Source: an uncultured virus (IMG/VR IMGVR_UViG_3300044630_001353) (Duplodnaviria > Heunggongvirae > Uroviricota > Caudoviricetes). From it: a stretch of 64,000 bases of DNA. This document shows, one piece after another, positions 1-8,676 of this stretch; position 1 is the stretch's first letter; each line of letters opens with the position of its first letter. The notes beneath the pieces are model-generated. The model did not search any database, was not told the DNA's origin, and saw only the letters and a program-made list of their open reading frames with translations. The stretch is from IMG/VR virus record IMGVR_UViG_3300044630_001353; one strand, given 5' to 3'. A program made the translations under genes and the position numbers.

Positions 1-93
1 TGTCACCGTGCCAAGACCAAGGTCGGACGCGCATTTGTGGCAGAACGCGATGATCGCGTTGCGGAATTCAAAGCCTTTGTATTTTGCTTTCAT
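1..93 (-). CDS. 5' end of a gene truncated by the window edge; probably the CobT/VWA-type partner of the adjacent AAA ATPase
   Basis: ATG at 93 with GAGGAGGG RBS; reads MKAKYKGFEFRNAIIAFCHKCASDLGLGTVT open to the edge. Function inferred only from its position after a MoxR/CobS ATPase. Confidence 0.5.
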   Translation of the reverse strand, partial: MKAKYKGFEFRNAIIAFCHKCASDLGLGTVT

Positions 94-103
94 GATGCCC
101 TCC

Positions 104-1525
104 TCAGAGCCAAGACTGAATGTCGGTTTTGTTGATGTAAGCCTGCTTGATTGCCTCGATGGCAGGGGCAGACTCGGAAGGTTGACGGCTGGCGATGGTC
201 ATTGCCCAAGCCTCGTCAACAGAGAGAATTTCAAGCGCCCGAATGAAGTACAGGGCTTGTCGAATGGAAGGGGCGTCCACAATGTCCGCTGTTTCCACTT
301 TTGCACGTGCGGCACGTATTGCCTTGAGCACGTGAGTAGCGAGCGCCTGATGGCACCCAGTGTGCTTGATCACAGCATCAACCTCTTGATCAAGGCTGAG
401 GTAAGCGCATTCGACTACGCTGGAGAAGCGCTCCATCAGGGCGCTGTTCATGGTGCGAGTGCCAGCATAACGCTGGGTCTCATCGCCATTGCCAAGCGTG
501 TTGTCAGCGGCAAACACCAGCACCCCAGCGGCACGTCTACGTACAGCGCCACCGATGGTCACTGCGCAGTCCGGTTCGAGCAGGGCGTTCAAGGGTGCCA
601 GTTCTCCCGCATCGCAGTTCGTTGGCTCATCGAGCAAAATCACTGTCGAGGGTGACGCGAAGGCGCGGAGAAAATCGCCTGCCTTGTAGCACGTTGCGTT
701 GTTCTCGAAAGCGAAGGAGCCGATGTAATCCTCGGCTGTCGTGTGCTTGCGGAAGTTTATGCGTTTAAACGCACGTCCAGTCTTTGCCGCAAACTGGGAG
801 GCGAGGGTTGATTTGCCAGTGCCCCGAGCACCGCCAAGCCAAGTGTGGCTGGAGGTGTTTTGTGCCAGCAGGCAGACCTTGAGCATGCGCTCGTCCCAAA
901 TGAAGCAGGGGTCAACGGCTGGAGCCTCGGGGGAATTCCAAATGTCAACCATGACAGGATTGCCCTGCGCGTTGCGCACGTCAATGCCGAACACGTCCAG
1001 CGCAGACTTGCGAGCTACGGTCATCACCGAAGAAATGTTGGCGATAACCTCCTGCGCACCAGCCGCAATGACTGCCTGTTTAAACGGTGCGAATGCATCG
1101 GCAACCGTCTTGGCAACCACGTCATTGACCACGCTGGGGTCAACAGCCGCAACCTTGTTGAGGGCGATGGACAGGGTCTCGATCTTGTCATCGAGCTTGG
1201 CGAGGCTGGTTGCCTGCCCCTGCAAGGCACCCGCAATTGATGCGGTGCGGGAGAGGGACTCGATGGCGTTGTCATTCGCCTTGTTAACGACAGCCTTAAT
1301 GCTGTCCAAGGTCTTGGCGTCCACGCCAGCGCTGACGGTAGGGGCTATGCCCTTGACCTCATCGAGGGTGATCGAGCCGCTGTCGATCAGGTCAGTGATG
1401 CGGTCAACCACGGTGAGGGAATTGGTAGGGACGCTCTTGGGGTCAGCGTCAATGTGCTTGAGCCAAATAGCGCGAAGCTGGTAGTGGGGGGTGCGTGAAA
1501 CGCTGAGGCGAATTGCTTGTGTCAT
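104..1525 (-). CDS. MoxR/CobS/CbbQ-family AAA+ ATPase
   Basis: Walker A GARGTGKS, Walker B ILLDE, AADNTLGNG..YAGTRTMNSALMERF and SIRQ motifs; start moved to MTQAIR (GGAGA RBS). Confidence 0.85.
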   Translation of the reverse strand: MTQAIRLSVSRTPHYQLRAIWLKHIDADPKSVPTNSLTVVDRITDLIDSGSITLDEVKGIAPTVSAGVDAKTLDSIKAVVNKANDNAIESLSRTASIAGALQGQATSLAKLDDKIETLSIALNKVAAVDPSVVNDVVAKTVADAFAPFKQAVIAAGAQEVIANISSVMTVARKSALDVFGIDVRNAQGNPVMVDIWNSPEAPAVDPCFIWDERMLKVCLLAQNTSSHTWLGGARGTGKSTLASQFAAKTGRAFKRINFRKHTTAEDYIGSFAFENNATCYKAGDFLRAFASPSTVILLDEPTNCDAGELAPLNALLEPDCAVTIGGAVRRRAAGVLVFAADNTLGNGDETQRYAGTRTMNSALMERFSSVVECAYLSLDQEVDAVIKHTGCHQALATHVLKAIRAARAKVETADIVDAPSIRQALYFIRALEILSVDEAWAMTIASRQPSESAPAIEAIKQAYINKTDIQSWL

Positions 1526-1539
1526 GGTGAGTCTCCGAG

Positions 1540-2139
1540 TTACAGGGTGAAATGTGAGCCGCAGGGGCATGAGGGCAGGCGGGGGTTGCCGTGTGGGTCA
1601 AACGCCCACTTGGCAGTGAGCCTGATGGTGTAGTCGCAGGCAGGGCAAACAGCCTTGAGCATGCGAGTAGATTGCACCTTGCGGGTAGCGAGTGAAAGCT
1701 CGCCATGTGGGTACTCACCCAGCGCTTGAATGATGCCGTGGTATGCCTCGATAAACGTCAGGGCTTGACCTGTGGACTTCCAAGGCTTGGAACTGTTGGA
1801 CGTGGGCACCAGCAACATGTCAGCGGCAATGCGCTGGAAGGCGGTGCCGTGGTTGAAGGCACCCTTTGTTGTGTGGCACAACTCATGAATGAGCACGTCC
1901 AGCACACGTGTAGGCTCAGCCAGTGTGGGGCTGATGAAAATCTCATAGTGCTTGTCGCTGGAGGCGGTGTCGGCAAAGCATTCACCGATGGCACCCGAGC
2001 GCCTTGCATTGGAGGGCAGGGCACATGAAACCCTGATGGCTTGGGGAAGTTCAGCACCGTTGATGATGAAGCTAGAGCGCAGTTCAGCGACTGCAGAATT
2101 GAGCCACTCTTCACGTGTGGCATGGGTAGCATGGGACAT
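1540..2139 (-). CDS. SprT-like zinc metallopeptidase with C-terminal Zn ribbon
   Basis: HELCH (HExxH) then HGTAF; C-terminal CPAC...CPC; GGAGA RBS before MSHATH. Confidence 0.75.
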   Translation of the reverse strand: MSHATHATREEWLNSAVAELRSSFIINGAELPQAIRVSCALPSNARRSGAIGECFADTASSDKHYEIFISPTLAEPTRVLDVLIHELCHTTKGAFNHGTAFQRIAADMLLVPTSNSSKPWKSTGQALTFIEAYHGIIQALGEYPHGELSLATRKVQSTRMLKAVCPACDYTIRLTAKWAFDPHGNPRLPSCPCGSHFTL

Positions 2140-2168
2140 GGATGTTCTCCGAAGTGTGGCGAAATTAC

Positions 2169-2203
2169 CACTGCAATACCCTGACCAGCAGGGCATCACG
2201 GTG
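2169..2203 (-). other. Intergenic RNA hairpin, copy 1 (possible RNase III processing site)
   Basis: Minus strand caccgtgatgccctg-ctggt-cagggtattgcagtg, stem with G.U pairs; similar to copy at 2537-2565. Confidence 0.55.
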
Positions 2204-2207
2204 AAAA

Positions 2208-2504
2208 TTACAGGGCGTATTCCTTGAGTGCGGGGGCAAGCTTCATGTTTAAACAAGCCTCGCAGATCAGGTCACCCCAGTTGTGATCCTTGTCATTGGT
2301 CAAGGCTTGCAACAGTTCAGTCTTTTGCTCATCACTGCGAGCAATTGAACTGAAAAAGTAGAAGGCTTGCTGGTAGACAAAAGCGTGGCGCTGTTGAAGG
2401 TTCCAAGCCATGGCGTTGGGGTATTCGTTGAAAGCCTTTTGGGCACCCTTGAGGCTGAGTTTGAGGTCAGCTAAAACTTCTGTTTGATTGAGTCGGAAGG
2501 TCAT
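2208..2504 (-). CDS. hypothetical early protein
   Basis: ORF MTFRLNQ with GAGAG RBS; first gene after the leftward promoter. Confidence 0.7.
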   Translation of the reverse strand: MTFRLNQTEVLADLKLSLKGAQKAFNEYPNAMAWNLQQRHAFVYQQAFYFFSSIARSDEQKTELLQALTNDKDHNWGDLICEACLNMKLAPALKEYAL

Positions 2505-2536
2505 GGTGAGGGTCTCTCTAAAGAAGTGCAAAAGCG

Positions 2537-2565
2537 CACTGCAATGCCCCGAGGGCATCACATTG
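2537..2565 (-). other. Intergenic RNA hairpin, copy 2
   Basis: Minus strand caatgtgatgccc-tcg-gggcattgcagtg. Confidence 0.55.
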
Positions 2566-2719
2566 AACTCTTTCTTTCTGCCACGGTGCTAGACCATGCA
2601 CTGGGCTTGTATTGAATGCGCACTGTAGAGGTGTTGCAAAGATTTGCCCTCTACGTCCATCCTTTCGGGGAGGACTGCCTGTCTTTTCACGACAGGGTCA
2701 AAGCGGTAGGTCTGAGCGA

Positions 2720-2748
2720 ATTATGCACCACTTGTATTGTCGTGTAAA
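2720..2748 (-). promoter_or_regulatory. sigma70-type leftward (early) promoter
   Basis: TTTACA-17 bp-CATAAT on the minus strand; the -35 overlaps GTTTACAC. Confidence 0.6.
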
Positions 2749-3089
2749 CACTATCAATATTAACCTGACTAAAGTGTAGGGTTATTAGATCATGTGGGTA
2801 CAACGGTCATGCTGGGTTTTTAACTGCATTTATATTAGTAGAACTGGTATCGCGTGGTTGGACTAAAAAGTATTCAATTCGCAAGCAAAGTAGTACTGTT
2901 TTGAAAAGTATTAAAAAACGCTCAGAATCGCTCAGGAGACGCGATCAGGAGGGGGTCAAGGGGTAGGGTGCTTGGAGGGTCAAAAACCGCGTGGTGAGCG
3001 TTTAAATCGGTCGAAATCTCAGTTTTAGGGTTCACCTTTGTGATGGTTTTGTAGTACTAAGGTAAGCTGTTTGTGTGTTGTTTTTATGC

Positions 3090-3186
3090 ACTGTATAACG
3101 GTTGTATAACAAATGTATAAGCTGTGGATAACCTGACTTATCAACAGGCTGTGGATAACTTGGGGTTGTGGACAGTTTGTGGATAA
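3090..3186. promoter_or_regulatory. DnaA-box cluster (oriC-like)
   Basis: TGTGGATAA at 3123, 3150 and 3178; TTATCAACA at 3138; TGTGGACAG at 3167; TGTATAA at 3092, 3103 and 3114 (11-bp period). Confidence 0.8.
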
Positions 3187-3267
3187 CTTACAATGCGAAC
3201 AGTTGGGGGCTGGGACGTGAGGTCTTGGCTATGTTGGTCAGTGCTTACTACAGAAGGGGAAACGGTC

Positions 3268-3933
3268 ATGGGAAAGTCGATGGGTGATGAGTACAGGGAG
3301 TTGGTGCAAGGTGCTGGGGCTGGCGCTGTTCATGAAAGCCCTGCTGGGGACGGTGAGGCACAAGGCGAAGCCGAACGGTTAGCCGCTCTCGCAGAGGCAC
3401 CTAGAAGACGCAGGGATGGTGAACCTGTAGGGAGTAAGACACCAAGAGCAAAGCCCTTGACGCAAGCTCAGGAGAGGTTCTGTGCACTGGTTATCAGAGG
3501 CAACACACTGAGGTCTAGCTATAGGCAAGCGTTCAACAATCAAACAGCAAGTGACAGCACGGTGAGCGCGAATGCCAACAAGCTGATGCGTGATGAGAGG
3601 ATCGCCAAGCGTGTAAACGATGGCTGGGCTGAGACAGTCGAACACCTGATAGAGGACGTCCAAGCGTCCAAGAGGTACGTGCTGAAGGGACTGTTGGCAC
3701 TGAGTAAGGAAGCCAACCAAGAGGGCACTAAGTTAAAAGCACTGGAGATGATGGGCAAGGCAGTGGGTATGTTTGTACATCAAGAGACAGTGGCGAAGGT
3801 AGAGGTGAGCACTGAGCAGTTGCGCAAGGAGCTAGCCTCGCACCTCAAGATGCTGGAGCGTGTGAAGCCTACAACGGTCATCGCAGACGCTGAGCCTGTG
3901 CGCACTGTCGAGCGTGTAAACGCTGTCGTGTAA
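3268..3933 (+). CDS. terS: terminase small subunit
   Basis: LTQAQERFC..SYRQAF..ANANKLMRDERIAKRV and KLKALEMMGKAVGMF motifs typical of TerS; upstream of TerL. Confidence 0.8.
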   Translation: MGKSMGDEYRELVQGAGAGAVHESPAGDGEAQGEAERLAALAEAPRRRRDGEPVGSKTPRAKPLTQAQERFCALVIRGNTLRSSYRQAFNNQTASDSTVSANANKLMRDERIAKRVNDGWAETVEHLIEDVQASKRYVLKGLLALSKEANQEGTKLKALEMMGKAVGMFVHQETVAKVEVSTEQLRKELASHLKMLERVKPTTVIADAEPVRTVERVNAVV

Positions 3934-4115
3934 ACGCGGTGTCGTGTGCGTGGCGTGCCGGCGACCCCACCCGCCCCCGACGCCCACTTGTACGATGCAA
4001 CACCCGCCCGCGTATTACGCTCTAATTCACTCACCCCATTACATTCCCAGAAACACCCCCCTTCACTTTCCTTTTCCAAACCACCCCCCCCCTACATAAA
4101 AATTTGTTTAAACAC

Positions 4116-4144
4116 TTGCGAACGTTCGTATTGTCGTTTAAACT
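4116..4144 (+). promoter_or_regulatory. sigma70-type promoter with a palindromic operator, upstream of the LexA-like gene and terL
   Basis: TTGCGA-17-TAAACT; contains CGAACGTTCG (4119-4128); GTTTAAAC at 4106 and 4136. Confidence 0.5.
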
Positions 4145-4236
4145 CACATTGTTGGTGGGTGCCGCCATCAATCGTCTTGGACACGCAGACGTTAAAGCAA
4201 AGTGGGCCTTGGTGGAAACCCGGGGACTATTAATTT

Positions 4237-4464
4237 ATGACTGAAAAGAGAAAGTTAGTGTTGGACTTCATTAGGGCTTACGTGCGGTTGTACGGAGTCC
4301 CGCCTTCTTACGAGGTTATTGCCAAGGGGATTGGGTTGAAGTCTAAGTCAAACATCCACAGGATTGTTCACAGGTTGAAAGAGGATGGCCAGTTGAAAAC
4401 GCAGCCGTACAAGTTCCGGGCCATTGAGTTGGTTGATGGTTCTATTTCGTTTAAACGCCTATGA
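4237..4464 (+). CDS. stand-alone LexA-type winged-helix DNA-binding domain
   Basis: MTEKRKLVLDFIRAY..GVPPSYEVIAKGIGLKSKSNIHRIVHRLKEDG..RAIEL matches the LexA N-terminal domain; no peptidase domain. Confidence 0.85.
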   Translation: MTEKRKLVLDFIRAYVRLYGVPPSYEVIAKGIGLKSKSNIHRIVHRLKEDGQLKTQPYKFRAIELVDGSISFKRL

Positions 4465-5981
4465 CACAGCTTGTTGACGGTGTGGAATTGTTGACGGCCA
4501 GAGAGGTTCAGGACCTCATTGAGTTGGCGGAGACCGGGGATGCATCCACCCGCAGTAAAGTGTTTGAGGTGTTGAAGAGGGATAGGTATGCACGGTGTCA
4601 GGTTGACTTCCTGTACTTTGTCCAGCAAATGTGGCCAATCTTTATATCGGGTAAACACCATGCAATCATGGCTGACGCCTTTGAGCGTGTAGCACGGGGT
4701 GAGTTAAAGAGGCTGATCATCAACATGCCGCCAAGGCACACTAAGTCAGAGTTTGCTTCTTTTTTATTGCCCAGTTGGTTTCTTGGACGGTTCCCGCACA
4801 AGAAGATTATTCAAACTGCCCACACCGCAGAGCTTGCTGTGGGCTTTGGACGGAAGGTAAGGAACCTTGTCACCTCAGAAAATTATCAAAACGTTTTTGA
4901 AACAAAGTTATCAAGTGATTCAAAGGCCGCAGGTCGCTGGAACACTCACATGGGTGGCGACTACTTTGCTATCGGTGTTGGCGGCGCTGTTACAGGTAAA
5001 GGTGCTGACCTTTTAATCATCGACGACCCGCATTCTGAGCAGGAAGCCAAGCAAGGCAACGCCGCCGTGTTTGATAATGTGTATGAGTGGTTCACTTCCG
5101 GACCCCGTCAGCGTCTACAGCCGGGCGGAGCCATCATTATTGTGATGACACGGTGGTCAAAACGGGATTTAACCGGTCAAATTATAAAAAATTCGGCTAA
5201 AGACGGTGTAGATCAGTGGGAAACCATTGATTTCCCGGCAATTTTGCCCTCCGGCACCCCCTTGTGGCCCGGGTTTTGGTCTTTACCGGCCCTCGAAGCC
5301 CTGAAATCCGAACTCCCAGTCTCAAAGTGGGAGGCTCAGTACCAACAAAACCCCACCTCCGAGGAGGGGGCGATCATTAAGCGGGACCAGTGGATGATTT
5401 GGGAGGAGAAACGCGCCCCGCCGTGCTCCTACATCATCCAGTCTTGGGATACTGCGTTTGAAAAGAACAACCGCGCTGACTTCTCGGCCTGTACAACGTG
5501 GGGCATCTTCGACCACCCCGATAAACACGGCAACCTTAGACCAAACATTATCTTGTTGGATGCGTTTAAAGAGCGCATGGAGTTCCCTGAACTCAAAGGC
5601 AAGGCTTTGGAAATGTACAAGGAGTGGGAGCCAGATACATTGATTGTTGAGAAGCGTGCAGCCGGCGCTCCACTGATTTATGAGATGCGCAAAATGGGAA
5701 TACCGATGTCAGAGTTTACGCCGGGCAAAGGAAACGATAAGATCAGCCGTGTAAACGCAATCTCAGACCTGTTTGCCTCTGGCATGGTGTGGTGTCCTGA
5801 AACCCGTTGGGCTGAAGAAGTGATGGATGAATTAGCTTCCTTCCCTAACGGCGACCATGATGACCTAGTTGACTCAAGCAGTCAGGCTTTGATGCGGTTT
5901 CGACAAGGCGGCTTTATCACCATCGACAGCGATGAACCCGATGAGCCTCTCTACCATCGCAGAAAAGTACCGTATTACTAA
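4461..5981 (+). CDS. terL: terminase large subunit
   Basis: MPPRHTKSE Walker A, LLIIDDPH Walker B, MTRW, QSWDTA and HDDLVDS nuclease motifs. Confidence 0.95.
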   Translation: MTQLVDGVELLTAREVQDLIELAETGDASTRSKVFEVLKRDRYARCQVDFLYFVQQMWPIFISGKHHAIMADAFERVARGELKRLIINMPPRHTKSEFASFLLPSWFLGRFPHKKIIQTAHTAELAVGFGRKVRNLVTSENYQNVFETKLSSDSKAAGRWNTHMGGDYFAIGVGGAVTGKGADLLIIDDPHSEQEAKQGNAAVFDNVYEWFTSGPRQRLQPGGAIIIVMTRWSKRDLTGQIIKNSAKDGVDQWETIDFPAILPSGTPLWPGFWSLPALEALKSELPVSKWEAQYQQNPTSEEGAIIKRDQWMIWEEKRAPPCSYIIQSWDTAFEKNNRADFSACTTWGIFDHPDKHGNLRPNIILLDAFKERMEFPELKGKALEMYKEWEPDTLIVEKRAAGAPLIYEMRKMGIPMSEFTPGKGNDKISRVNAISDLFASGMVWCPETRWAEEVMDELASFPNGDHDDLVDSSSQALMRFRQGGFITIDSDEPDEPLYHRRKVPYY

Positions 5982-5989
5982 GGAACATT

Positions 5990-8479
5990 ATGAGCATCGA
6001 CAAAGCAGTTAATCAAGCACCCATGGGTTTAAACGATCTAATGGAGGGGGACGGTTCTGTAGAAATTGAGATTATCAGTGAGTCCGGCATGCCGTTGGAC
6101 AGCGAAGGCATTGAGGTTGAAATTGAGGAGTCCAGTGAGGATGAGTTTGGCGACAACCTTGCCGAATACATGGAGGAAGGTGAGCTGCAAAAGATTGCCA
6201 GCGAGCTTCTTGAGTTAGTGGACGCTGACGTCAACAGCCGCAAGGACTGGACTGAAATGTATGTCAAAGGTCTTGAAGTACTGGGGATGAAGTATGAAGA
6301 GAGAACGGAACCTTGGGACGGAGCTTGTGGCGTATTCTCAACTGTACTCACAGAAGCCGCAGTACGTTTCCAAAGCGAAACTATCATTGAGACTTTCCCG
6401 GCTCAAGGCCCTGTCAAAACACAAATCATTGGTGCCATTGATAAACTTAAAGAGGAAGCTGCGGAGCGCGTCCGGGAGGACATGAATTACAAGCTCACGG
6501 AAGGTATGCCTGAGTACCGCCCTGAGCATGAGCGCATGCTGTACTCCTTGGGACTTGCCGGCGCAGCATTTAAGAAGGTTTATTACGACCCCGGTATGGG
6601 ACGTCAAGCAGCCATTTTCATCCCCGCAGAGGACGTGATTATTCCTTACGGGGCGTCAAGCGCTATGACCTCCGAGCGTGTTACGCACATCATGCGTAAA
6701 ACTGAAAACGATGTCAGGAAGCTGCAGGTTTCTGAATTCTATTTGGATGTTGAACTTGGTGAGCCGCTCTCCTTTTATACCGACGTAGAAAAGAAAAAGG
6801 CTGAAGACCAAGGCTACACAGTCAGTGAAGACGGTCGCTATCAAATCCTAGAAATCCACGTTGACTACGACCTCCCCGGTTACGAGGACGAGGACGGCAT
6901 CGCACTGCCTTACGTCATCACCATTGAGCGCGGTACCAGTAAGATTTTGGCAATCCGCCGTAACTGGGACGAGGCCGACAGCAAGCGTTTAAAGCGCCAG
7001 CACTTTGTCCAGTACACCTACGTCCCCGGCTTCGGAGCTTATGGCTTAGGTCTCATTCACCTGATTGGTGGATACGCCCGCGCAGGTACATCGTTGATTA
7101 GGCAACTGGTTGACGCAGGTACCTTAAGTAATCTGCCCGGAGGTTTGAAAGCCCGTGGCATGCGTATCAAAGGGGACGATACACCTATCCAGCCCGGTGA
7201 GTTCCGTGACGTTGACGTGCCAATGGGCACACTGACCGGCAACATCATGATGCTTCCGTACAAGGAGCCATCACAGGTTCTGTCAGGCTTGCTCGACAAG
7301 ATTACCGATGAGGGTAGACGTCTAGGCTCTATTGCTGACATGAACATCAGCGACATGAGTGCTAACGCCCCCGTGGGCACAACCTTAGCGTTGCTTGAGC
7401 GCCAGCTTAAGACAATGTCTGCGGTGCAGGCCCGTGTCCACTACTCGATGAAACAGGAGTTTAAACTGCTCAAAGACATCATTAGGGACTACACCCCCGG
7501 TGAGTATGAGTATGACCCCTCATCAGGTCAGCCGCAAGCCAAGCAGGCTGACTACGACATGGTCGATGTCATCCCAGTGAGCGACCCTAACTCTGCAACG
7601 ATGGCCCAGCGCATCATGCAGTATCAAGCTGTCATTCAGTTGGCCCAAGGTGCCCCACAAATCTACGACCTCCCACAGTTGCACCGTCAAATGATTGAGG
7701 TCTTGGGTATTAAGAACGCCGACAAGCTGGTGCCGGTAGAGGACGACCAAACACCACGCGATCCAATCTCAGAAAACATGGCCTTCCTTACGGGAAAACC
7801 CACGAAGGCATTCATTTTCCAAGACCACGACGCACACATTGCCGTACATACATCCATGATGCAGGACCCCATGGTCATGGGTCAAATGGGCCAAAACCCC
7901 ATGGCTCAGCAAATGCAGGCATCCATCATGGCTCACGTTGCCGAGCACATCGCGTTCCAGTACCGCTCTAAGATTGAACAGCAGTTGGGTGCCACGTTGC
8001 CTCAGCCAAACGCACAGCTCGACCCTCAAGTCGAAGTGCAGTTGTCCAAACTTGTGGCTCAGGCTGCGGCTCAGTTGTTGCAAATCAACAAAGGTCAGGC
8101 AGCCCAACAGCAAGCGCAACAAACGCAGCAGGACCCTCTGGTTCAAATGCAACAGCAAGAGTTGCAAATCAAGGCGCAGGAAGCTCAAACCAAAGCGCAG
8201 AAAGTCCAAGGGGACTTGGCTATCAAACAGGCAGAGCTTCAGCTCAAAATGCAACAGGCCGCAGGTCAGCAAGGGGAAGACCCAGTGCTTGCGGCCCAGC
8301 GCATTCAGCAAGAGATTGCTCAGGCAGAGCAACTCCACCAGTCAGAGCTTGCCCGCAAGGACCAGCAGCACGCTCAAAACCTAACACACAGCCAGCAAAC
8401 ACAAGACCTGCTGGCCAAGCAAAAGATGTTGCAAATGATGCTTAGTGCATCGCAGCAAAAGCCTAAGAAGGAAGATTAA
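5990..8479 (+). CDS. portal protein (P22-like, Q-rich C-terminal barrel)
   Basis: 829 aa directly after terL; GAAFKKVYYD and YGLGLIHLIGG motifs; Q-rich coiled-coil tail. Confidence 0.88.
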   Translation: MSIDKAVNQAPMGLNDLMEGDGSVEIEIISESGMPLDSEGIEVEIEESSEDEFGDNLAEYMEEGELQKIASELLELVDADVNSRKDWTEMYVKGLEVLGMKYEERTEPWDGACGVFSTVLTEAAVRFQSETIIETFPAQGPVKTQIIGAIDKLKEEAAERVREDMNYKLTEGMPEYRPEHERMLYSLGLAGAAFKKVYYDPGMGRQAAIFIPAEDVIIPYGASSAMTSERVTHIMRKTENDVRKLQVSEFYLDVELGEPLSFYTDVEKKKAEDQGYTVSEDGRYQILEIHVDYDLPGYEDEDGIALPYVITIERGTSKILAIRRNWDEADSKRLKRQHFVQYTYVPGFGAYGLGLIHLIGGYARAGTSLIRQLVDAGTLSNLPGGLKARGMRIKGDDTPIQPGEFRDVDVPMGTLTGNIMMLPYKEPSQVLSGLLDKITDEGRRLGSIADMNISDMSANAPVGTTLALLERQLKTMSAVQARVHYSMKQEFKLLKDIIRDYTPGEYEYDPSSGQPQAKQADYDMVDVIPVSDPNSATMAQRIMQYQAVIQLAQGAPQIYDLPQLHRQMIEVLGIKNADKLVPVEDDQTPRDPISENMAFLTGKPTKAFIFQDHDAHIAVHTSMMQDPMVMGQMGQNPMAQQMQASIMAHVAEHIAFQYRSKIEQQLGATLPQPNAQLDPQVEVQLSKLVAQAAAQLLQINKGQAAQQQAQQTQQDPLVQMQQQELQIKAQEAQTKAQKVQGDLAIKQAELQLKMQQAAGQQGEDPVLAAQRIQQEIAQAEQLHQSELARKDQQHAQNLTHSQQTQDLLAKQKMLQMMLSASQQKPKKED

Positions 8480-8676
8480 TGAGACATCAAGTCCTTGAAC
8501 TTTTGAACGACAAGCTTGAAGAACATCTCAAGCTGTTGCAACAAGCCGTTGGTGATGGAAGTGCAAAATCCTTCGATCACTATAAGGAGCTGTGCGGAAA
8601 TATCCGAGGTCTACAGACCGCACAGTTAGAAATTGCAGACCTCGTGCGTAAACTTAAGGACTCAGACGATGACTGA
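8479..8676 (+). CDS. hypothetical protein
   Basis: Translationally coupled (TAATG); helical, YKELCGNIRGL. Confidence 0.7.
   Translation: MRHQVLELLNDKLEEHLKLLQQAVGDGSAKSFDHYKELCGNIRGLQTAQLEIADLVRKLKDSDDD

Noticed and set aside
8..2028. Long plus-strand ORFs (8-655, 741-1484, 1705-2028)
   Set aside because: Antisense shadows of the ATPase and SprT genes, with no RBS or motifs.
2755..3062. Repeated AGTA(C/T)T and ACTAAA words in the AT-rich control region
   Set aside because: Possibly operator half-sites, but too short and irregular to distinguish from chance by eye.
3946..4233. 95-aa Pro-rich ORF between terS and the LexA-like gene
   Set aside because: A product of C-runs, with no RBS; it overlaps the predicted promoter.
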